IMG/VR virus record: IMGVR_UViG_3300047558_000077
Span: 1 to 64,000 of that record
Reading direction: 5' to 3' (one strand)
Source: a virus
Length of the DNA: 64,000 nucleotides
Below the pieces are notes generated by a model, which did no database searches, was not told the origin of the DNA, and worked only from the letters and a program-made list of their open reading frames with translations. Position numbers and translations under genes: made by a program. Positions 57,660-64,000 of the stretch are shown here, piece after piece (position 1 is the stretch's first letter; each line of letters begins with the position of its first letter).

Positions 57660-58606
57660 TGACAACATTCATCGTAACAGGTTGTAATGGATATATTGGC
57701 AGTCATATGTGCCATGAACTTGGTGCGTTATACAATGATTGTCATATCATAGGTATTGATAGAGTTGAGAAGAAGCATCTCAAGCATTTGTATGACGAGT
57801 TTATTCAGGTAGACTTGGCTCTTGACCCTATTGTATTATCAAATGGAAAGAAACGGCACATAGATGCCGTTTTTCATTTTGCTGCCGAGATATCAGTAGA
57901 AGAAGGCGAGTCGGATCCATGGAAGTATTACTTTAACAATGTGGTCGGTTCGCTTCGTATGATGAAAGAAGCAAAGCAGTATGGTATCAAAAACTTTATC
58001 TTTTCATCTACTGCGGCTGTCTACGGTAAATCAGAAAGTTCTGCGTTCGGACATTTGTTTGAAACAAGTCCAGTCAATCCTTATTCTGTATATGGTAAGA
58101 GTAAGGCGATGGTTGAAAATGTTCTGCTAGATGAAAAAGAAATGAACTGTGCCATTCTTCGGTACTTCAATGTTGCCGGTAGAAGTCAGAAAGCCAATCT
58201 ATACGAAGAACATGATCCAGAAACACATTTGATTCCTCTTCTTGTCAGAGGAGAAAATCCTGTGATCTACGGAACAGATTATCAGACAAGAGACGGAACT
58301 TGTGTTAGAGATTTTATTGACGTTAGAGACGTATGCCGTGCCCATACATTGGCTTATCGTTATATGAATGAAAAGAATGAAAGTCTCCTTCTAAATGTAG
58401 GAAGCGGTAGAGGATATACAGTCAAAGAAGTTGTTGACAAAGTGAATGAAATCATTCATAATGGTGAAATGAAAGTTACTTTTGAGGAACGGAGACCAGG
58501 TGATGTTTCCTATCTGGTTGCGGATACAACCAAGATAAAAGAGACACTGGATTTTCAGCCACAGTATTCTCTGGACAATATCATAGAAAGTATGAAGAAT
58601 GTATAA
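57659..58606 (+). CDS. galE: UDP-glucose 4-epimerase
   Basis: GYIGSH, HFAA.ISV.E, FSSTAAVYG, YGKSK, LRYFNVAG, ETHLIP, DGTCVRDFI, RRPGD. Confidence 0.9.
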   Translation: MTTFIVTGCNGYIGSHMCHELGALYNDCHIIGIDRVEKKHLKHLYDEFIQVDLALDPIVLSNGKKRHIDAVFHFAAEISVEEGESDPWKYYFNNVVGSLRMMKEAKQYGIKNFIFSSTAAVYGKSESSAFGHLFETSPVNPYSVYGKSKAMVENVLLDEKEMNCAILRYFNVAGRSQKANLYEEHDPETHLIPLLVRGENPVIYGTDYQTRDGTCVRDFIDVRDVCRAHTLAYRYMNEKNESLLLNVGSGRGYTVKEVVDKVNEIIHNGEMKVTFEERRPGDVSYLVADTTKIKETLDFQPQYSLDNIIESMKNV

Positions 58607-58793
58607 GAGAGACAAATGGGAGAAAGTGAGAAATCTGATTACAGCGGATATTTCTCATGCCGTTCATTATTCGTGCGATAAACTATACGAACATAACGTG
58701 GCGCTTCGGTATCTCCAATACATGGAAGCACTAGAGATAGAAGAAAACTGGCACAATGAATATATTAGATACATGGAAAAGGGTCTAGAATGA
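58599..58793 (+). CDS. Hypothetical protein
   Basis: Short ORF overlapping its neighbours. Confidence 0.4.
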   Translation: MYKRDKWEKVRNLITADISHAVHYSCDKLYEHNVALRYLQYMEALEIEENWHNEYIRYMEKGLE

Positions 58794-58993
58794 AACTTAT
58801 GAGAGTCTTAGACAAAACATTTAAGATTAATAAATCAATGCGACCCGAAATGATTTTAACAGTAGCATTTCCTTTGGAATATGCCAAAGATGAATCAGAA
58901 GTTATTTCTGGTGAAGAGTTTTTAAAACAGTTTAATGAAGCAATGGCAGAATACGAAAGAGAGAATGAAAATGAAGTATCATTCACCGATTGA
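58790..58993 (+). CDS. Hypothetical protein
   Basis: ATGA-coupled short ORF. Confidence 0.4.
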   Translation: MKLMRVLDKTFKINKSMRPEMILTVAFPLEYAKDESEVISGEEFLKQFNEAMAEYERENENEVSFTD

Positions 58994-60683
58994 TTCAACA
59001 CTATTTCTTCTCCGTGATGTTCTAGGTTTTGACAATGAACTAACGGAGCCGATTCTTACTGAGGCGGCCAAGTTGTGTGAAGAAGAAATCGCACCGACTA
59101 ATCAGATTGGTGATAAGGAAGGTTGTGTTAGAGTTCCTAAAGTAACCATTTTAAACGAAGATAAAACGATTAAAGAAACTCGTGAATCTTTCGTAAGAGT
59201 TCCAGAATGTTTCAAAGAACCATACAAAAAGTTTGCCGAAGGAGGTTGGCTTGGTCTATCAGTTCCTGAAGAGTATGGTGGACAAGGCCTACCATATACA
59301 CTTGCGGCTGCGGTCAACGAGTTTGTATCCTCGTCTAACATGGCTTTTAGTATGTTTCCTGGCCTTACTCGTGGAGCTATCCAAGCACTCTTAGCATCTG
59401 GTAATGATTTCCAGAAGCATGAGTATATACCTAGATTAGTATCTGGTGAATGGACTGGAACAATGTGTCTTACTGAACCACATTGCGGTACCGACCTTGG
59501 ACTGCTAAAGACAAAAGCGGTGCATGATTATGACGACTGGTATAAGATTACAGGTCAGAAAATCTTTATCTCTGGTGGTGACCACGATCTAACAGATAAT
59601 ATTCTTCATCTTGTTCTAGCAAGAGTTGAAGGTGATTCAGAAGGCGTCAAAGGTATTAGTCTGTTTGCTGTACCTAAAAATCTAGGAGAAAATAATAATG
59701 TCTCTTGCGGTTCTATTGAAGAAAAGATGGGCATTCATGGTTCACCAACATGCGTTATGAACTTTGATGGTGCTTATGGTATTCTAATCGGTGAACGCTG
59801 TAAGGGTCTCCAAGCAATGTTCGTTATGATGAACGAAGCAAGACTAGGTGTTGCTGTTCAAGGACTATCACAATCGGAGTTGGCTTATCAAAATGCTTTG
59901 GAATATGCTAAAGAAAGACTTCAAGGGACTAAACTTTCGAATCGATTGGGGGAGACTACTACTCGGAATCCGTGTAGTATTATACATCACCCTGACGTTC
60001 GCCGTATGCTACTTGATGTTAGGTCTATCAATGAGGCTGCTAGGCTTCTAATACTAGAAGCGGCGATGTTGGTTGATAAAGCCGACGAAGAATCACAAGA
60101 TCGCCTTGGTCTAATGACTCCTGTTCTAAAGGGTGTATTGACAGACTATGGTTTTGAAAATGCTGTAAAGATGCAACAGGTTTGGGGTGGCCATGGATAT
60201 GTTCGTGACAATGGTATGGAACAAATCGTAAGAGACGCCAGAATTGCCATGATCTATGAAGGTGCTAATGGTATTCAGGCACTTGATCTTGTTGGCCGTA
60301 AGTTGCCTAAGAACATGGGTCGTGCTATTACTAAGTTCTTCAAGGATAGTGAAAGTTTCTTGTCGGGTGCATATGATAAAGATATCAATCCAATCGTGCA
60401 GCCAATGACAAGAGCATTGAATGAACTAAAACAAGCAACAGAATGGTTGATGCATAATGCTATCAAGAATCCAAACAATGCTGGTTCGGCATCTTATGAT
60501 TATATGAAGATGATGGGACTTGTTATGCTTGGTATGGCACACATCAAGATTTGTCTAAAGACAAATGACAAGACACGCCATGACAATGCTACATATTTCA
60601 TGGAGCGTATTGTACCAGAGACAAGTTTTCTGTTGAAGCGTATCAAAGAAGGTTCTGATACTATGATGAAAGCGGAGTTTTGA
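58971..60683 (+). CDS. Acyl-CoA dehydrogenase (long type with N- and C-terminal extra domains)
   Basis: YGGQGLP, GTMCLTEPHCGTDL, GQKIFIS, EEKMGIHGSPTC, MMNEARL, QVWGGHGY, IYEGANGIQALDL. Confidence 0.95.
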   Translation: MKYHSPIDSTLFLLRDVLGFDNELTEPILTEAAKLCEEEIAPTNQIGDKEGCVRVPKVTILNEDKTIKETRESFVRVPECFKEPYKKFAEGGWLGLSVPEEYGGQGLPYTLAAAVNEFVSSSNMAFSMFPGLTRGAIQALLASGNDFQKHEYIPRLVSGEWTGTMCLTEPHCGTDLGLLKTKAVHDYDDWYKITGQKIFISGGDHDLTDNILHLVLARVEGDSEGVKGISLFAVPKNLGENNNVSCGSIEEKMGIHGSPTCVMNFDGAYGILIGERCKGLQAMFVMMNEARLGVAVQGLSQSELAYQNALEYAKERLQGTKLSNRLGETTTRNPCSIIHHPDVRRMLLDVRSINEAARLLILEAAMLVDKADEESQDRLGLMTPVLKGVLTDYGFENAVKMQQVWGGHGYVRDNGMEQIVRDARIAMIYEGANGIQALDLVGRKLPKNMGRAITKFFKDSESFLSGAYDKDINPIVQPMTRALNELKQATEWLMHNAIKNPNNAGSASYDYMKMMGLVMLGMAHIKICLKTNDKTRHDNATYFMERIVPETSFLLKRIKEGSDTMMKAEF

Positions 60684-60870
60684 TATGTTTAAGAATGAAA
60701 AACTAAACAAGATTTGTGATGCTGTATCTAAGGATGATCCACAGAATAAGATGACGACTATGTTTCTTTTGAAACTCGTGGAAAATTTGATTGAGGCCAG
60801 AGATGATGGTGAGCGTCTAAGACTTGCTCATGATATAATAAATGTGATGTCTGAATGATAGGAGCAAACA

Positions 60871-61080
60871 TTGATTGAACTGTTTAAAGAGCAATTAGAC
60901 GGAAGTCCCAATATAACAAAAGTTTGCTATGCGGTTCGCCAACTAAAGCCACATTCGTTAGAAATTCATTTTTGTAAATTAAATGAAATAGAAAAAATAT
61001 GCGAACAGTATGAAAATTGGAAAGTAACTTACGATATTCTTGGAAGTATTCCAATTTTCAACGAGGTAATAATGGAATGA
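60871..61080 (+). CDS. Hypothetical protein
   Basis: ORF with GGAG SD. Confidence 0.4.
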   Translation: MIELFKEQLDGSPNITKVCYAVRQLKPHSLEIHFCKLNEIEKICEQYENWKVTYDILGSIPIFNEVIME

Positions 61081-61283
61081 TTTTTGATTACAAAGAAGAT
61101 ACCTGTAAGTATGTTGTCCATTCCAAGAAGAACGGAAACGAGTTTGCTATTTCGTTTATCTCCATGGATCAAGTTGCTGAATATGTAGAGACGGAAGAAA
61201 ATGTAACTGGTGTTTGGAAAGTAACAGCACAGAAGATTCCACCAGAAGTTTATAAGAGAAGAGTGAAAGATGTGGTTCAGTAA
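61077..61283 (+). CDS. Hypothetical protein
   Basis: ATGA-coupled ORF (track start 61017). Confidence 0.4.
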   Translation: MIFDYKEDTCKYVVHSKKNGNEFAISFISMDQVAEYVETEENVTGVWKVTAQKIPPEVYKRRVKDVVQ

Positions 61284-61545
61284 TCATCATAACGGTATCA
61301 TCGTTCGCCGTAGATACAACTATAAACATCTAAGGCCATATGATACGTGTCTTTGTAGCACATGGTCGAGACACATTAGAACAGTCAATAAGAAAATGAG
61401 GAAAAAGTATGAGAATACATGACTGTAAATACAACGTTCGTCGTAGACCTAAACATTTTAAGGAAAGGCCATATAATAATTTTGCCCAAGCGCCTTGGTC
61501 ATGGTTTATTACATGTGTCAATTTGACAAAGAGAAAAAAGTATGT

Positions 61546-61782
61546 ATGATGAAATATTTGATGATAATCTCAATGGTGGTATTCCCCACGGTTACTAATG
61601 CTCAACTAGCAATGACCACGGACAATCATTCTTTGACACAATCTACTGCCAATCCTCCGTTGAGATCGCCAGCGTATTCTTGGCAGCCAAATACAAGTGA
61701 TGGTGCCACACAGGGTTGGCAGTCAACTGTTCCGACTGGTGGTGCCAGAGGAATCGTAACAGAATGGGAAGAAGTTGAGTGA
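61546..61782 (+). CDS. Small, possibly secreted protein upstream of pmoC
   Basis: Signal-like MMKYLMIISMVVFPTVTNA/Q followed by a polar Ser/Thr-rich mature part. Start uncertain. Confidence 0.4.
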   Translation: MMKYLMIISMVVFPTVTNAQLAMTTDNHSLTQSTANPPLRSPAYSWQPNTSDGATQGWQSTVPTGGARGIVTEWEEVE

Positions 61783-61850
61783 CGAAAAATGAACGCAGAT
61801 TGTCTAGAAATGAATGTCTTTCAGACGAGTTTTGTGTCATTATAGCGACA

Positions 61851-61930
61851 AGTAGTCAATGGTGACTACTAAATAAAAGACCGGGCATCCTATCCCGGAG
61901 ACCGGTCAATCACAAAATAGGAGTGAATAT
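61851..61930 (+). promoter_or_regulatory. pmoC regulatory region: palindrome, late promoter, structured leader and SD
   Basis: AGTAGTCA-ATGG-TGACTACT abuts CTAAATA. GACCGG/CCGGTC and CCGGG/CCCGG helices; AGGAG SD. Confidence 0.6.
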
Positions 61931-62704
61931 ATGAGCGTTGTAAAACAAACGGCAACTGCCGTGGCCACCGACGTTGATACACAGGTCGTTGACCTACGAG
62001 GCATGTGGATTGGGCTCGCCCTTCTAAATGTCTTTTATCTAATCGTCCGTATCTATGAACAGGTTTATGGCTGGCGTGCTGGTCTTGACTCGTTCGCACC
62101 AGAGTTTCAGACATATTGGATGTCTATTCTTTGGACAGAAATCCCACTAGAACTTATCTCAGGTCTTGGTCTTGCAGGTTATCTTTGGAAGACTAGAACC
62201 CGTGACTTCTCTCTTGTAACACCAAGGGAAGAAATGCGCCGTCTAGCGGTGTTGGTTCAGTGGTTGGTTGTTTATGCTGTTGCTATCTACTGGGGTGCAT
62301 CGTTCTTCACCGAACAGGATGGTACCTGGCATATGACAGTCATTCGTGATACGGATTTCACTCCGTCCCACATCATTGAGTTCTACATGAGTTACCCAAT
62401 CTACTCAATCATTGCTGTTGGTGCGTTCTTCTATGCTCGCACTCGTATCCCTTACTTTGCTCAGGGATATAGCCTAGCATTCTTGATTGTTGCTATTGGA
62501 CCATTCATGATCATCCCGAACGTTGGCCTGAATGAGTGGGGCCACACCTTCTGGTTCATGGAAGAACTATTCGTTGCTCCTCTACATTGGGGCTTCGTGT
62601 TCTTCGGCTGGATGGCTCTAGGTGTCTTTGGCGTTGTGCTACAGATCCTAGGTCGTGTCCACAGTCTCGTTGGACGAGATGGTGTAAGACTCCTTACCGA
62701 ATAA
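61931..62704 (+). CDS. pmoC: Particulate methane monooxygenase subunit C (Methylocystis/Methylosinus type)
   Basis: GLDSFAPEFQTYWM, WGASFFTEQDGTWHMTVIRDTDFTPSHIIEFYMSYP and PNVGLNEWGHTFWFMEELFVAPLHWGFV motifs. N-terminal VVDLRGMWIGLA matches type II methanotroph PmoC as recalled. Confidence 0.97.
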   Translation: MSVVKQTATAVATDVDTQVVDLRGMWIGLALLNVFYLIVRIYEQVYGWRAGLDSFAPEFQTYWMSILWTEIPLELISGLGLAGYLWKTRTRDFSLVTPREEMRRLAVLVQWLVVYAVAIYWGASFFTEQDGTWHMTVIRDTDFTPSHIIEFYMSYPIYSIIAVGAFFYARTRIPYFAQGYSLAFLIVAIGPFMIIPNVGLNEWGHTFWFMEELFVAPLHWGFVFFGWMALGVFGVVLQILGRVHSLVGRDGVRLLTE

Positions 62705-62712
62705 ATGTCAAC

Positions 62713-62741
62713 AGGGGTGCGACGCAATGTCGCACCCTTTT
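62713..62741 (+). terminator. Rho-independent terminator after pmoC
   Basis: GGGTGCGAC-GCAAT-GTCGCACCC-TTTT. Confidence 0.85.
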
Positions 62742-62744
62742 CTA

Positions 62745-62773
62745 TTGACAACGGCAATATCCATTGATATAAT
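62745..62773 (+). promoter_or_regulatory. Consensus sigma70 early promoter
   Basis: TTGACA-17bp-TATAAT with TGn. Confidence 0.85.
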
Positions 62774-62796
62774 GCAAAGACACTGGAGATTCCAAT

Positions 62797-63207
62797 ATGC
62801 CGTTGCTTCCCGCTTATTATACCACGACTAATCTTCGGAAGCGCAAGTCTAAAAAGACTAATACTTCCGAACATACTAAGTGGCTAGAGTCCATGGGTCT
62901 TACGCCCAAGCAGATAAAAAGTAAAAAGTCAAAGAATACTTCCTGGAAGTCTGACTATACTGCCTCTTTGCATGTCGACCGTTCCACAAAACATTACGAA
63001 AAATCTATTCAAGAGGTGTGTAACGCACCTGCTAATGCCACGGCTAATCGTTCCGTGATGGCTAATCTACATAAAGAGAACGAAGAAACTCGCAAGGCTA
63101 TTCTTGATAAAGCCAAGCGGGTCATGCCACTTTACAATAAGGGTGGACTCCAGGTTCTCTCTGAGTCTGATGATCTCAAAGCACTCAACAAAACTGTGAG
63201 GGTATAA
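62797..63207 (+). CDS. Basic hypothetical protein
   Basis: Lys-rich; C-terminal P.YNKGGLQ motif seen in T4-like phages. Confidence 0.55.
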   Translation: MPLLPAYYTTTNLRKRKSKKTNTSEHTKWLESMGLTPKQIKSKKSKNTSWKSDYTASLHVDRSTKHYEKSIQEVCNAPANATANRSVMANLHKENEETRKAILDKAKRVMPLYNKGGLQVLSESDDLKALNKTVRV

Positions 63208-63340
63208 TGGCATTAGAAGAACATGACTATATTGAATGGCATTTCAATATTCGTTATAGAGCCTGGTGGTATTTTCATATTCGCTGGCATGATGATTATG
63301 ATGCATGTGAAATCGAACCTGTAATCTATTGGGGTGCATG

Positions 63341-63607
63341 ATGAGCAAGAAAGCAAGACGTAGACCTTCATGGAAAAAGTATATTGGCCCAAGATCGTTT
63401 TATATCGATCTAATCAATGAAGAAACAGGAGAACTATTTGAGAGGGTCATGGTTAAAGATGGCACCTTTCTTCGTGATATGCTAAAGAGAAATGGTCCTG
63501 TTGTTTTAGAAGAAAATCTAAGACAGGCATTTATAGACCTTGCGGAGAGGACACTAAATAATGACAGACAAGTCCAGATTGAAAGCAATAACTCAAAAGA
63601 TGTTTGA
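63341..63607 (+). CDS. Hypothetical protein
   Basis: ORF track 63329..63607. Confidence 0.4.
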   Translation: MSKKARRRPSWKKYIGPRSFYIDLINEETGELFERVMVKDGTFLRDMLKRNGPVVLEENLRQAFIDLAERTLNNDRQVQIESNNSKDV

Positions 63608-63800
63608 AGTGCATGACGAAACTTTTAAGCAGTTAGCAGAAAGCGAACGCAGAGATCGTAAGTTTAGATTGGAGATGGCAAATGAAATCTGGAGAAAAGT
63701 CAAAGGTATTGACATTCCCGAAGACTACTCGGAAGAGGATCGTTTGTCAATATACGAGCGTTACTACCACCGAGCCGTCTCCATGTCCCAAGGAGAGTAG
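63561..63800 (+). CDS. Hypothetical protein
   Basis: ORF preceded by GAGG and CTAAATA. Confidence 0.4.
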   Translation: MTDKSRLKAITQKMFEVHDETFKQLAESERRDRKFRLEMANEIWRKVKGIDIPEDYSEEDRLSIYERYYHRAVSMSQGE

Positions 63801-64000
63801 AAGTTATTGGCCCACATTGCTAGGCGCATTCATTGGACTGTTATACATTTCTATTCTATTTGTATTATAAGGAAGAGTTATGGATCAAGATACTATTGTA
63901 GGCATCCAGAAGATGCGAGAACATAAACCCACAACTGTCTATGATCTTATGGACGAAAGAGATGCCTATAAACAGGCACTGTGGGATATCACAAAAGCAG

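Noticed and set aside
332-63588. Numerous minus-strand and alternate-frame ORFs in the track (e.g. 37699..38304, 18114..18479, 62461..62874)
   Set aside because: They are shadows of well-supported + strand genes, with no SD, recognisable motifs or independent promoters.
1-64000. Stop-codon reassignment, tRNA genes or a CRISPR array
   Set aside because: Core genes are intact in the standard code and TAG/TGA end genes at expected positions. No cloverleaf or repeat-spacer pattern was noticed by eye; tRNAscan and CRISPR finders were not run.

Overview
This window is 64 kb of an AT-rich, T4-like (Tevenvirinae/cyanomyophage-type) myophage genome, with essentially all genes on the + strand. Gene order: Cys-rich/thioredoxin module and fibre-like gene; neck, tail and packaging genes (gp13, HNH endonuclease, gp14, gp15, gp16, gp17, gp18, gp19); head module (gp20, long internal-protein genes, gp21, gp22, gp23); gp3, uvsY, uvsW, gp55; gp47-[ftsH]-gp46; accessory genes (DUF4338, vWA plus MoxR ATPase); gp1, gp45, dsbA, gp44, gp62, regA, dUTPase, PAAR, hsp20; a ~12 kb nucleotide-sugar/glycosyltransferase cluster; an acyl-CoA dehydrogenase; and an intact Methylocystis-type pmoC. 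It is therefore a pmoC-phage that probably infects an alphaproteobacterial methanotroph. The most notable observations are: (1) a covarying structured RNA leader shared by two unrelated homing endonuclease genes; (2) apparent ATC and ATT start codons for gp14 and portal gp20; (3) an intact FtsH inserted between gp47 and gp46, which together with PmoC and Hsp20 may form a membrane-enzyme turnover system; (4) a long pseudoknot or switch upstream of a small HTH gene; (5) a ROSE-type thermometer on hsp20; (6) head-cargo polyproteins with putative gp21 cleavage sites. No tRNA, rRNA or CRISPR array was recognised. All family assignments come from motif recognition by eye; no database searches were run.
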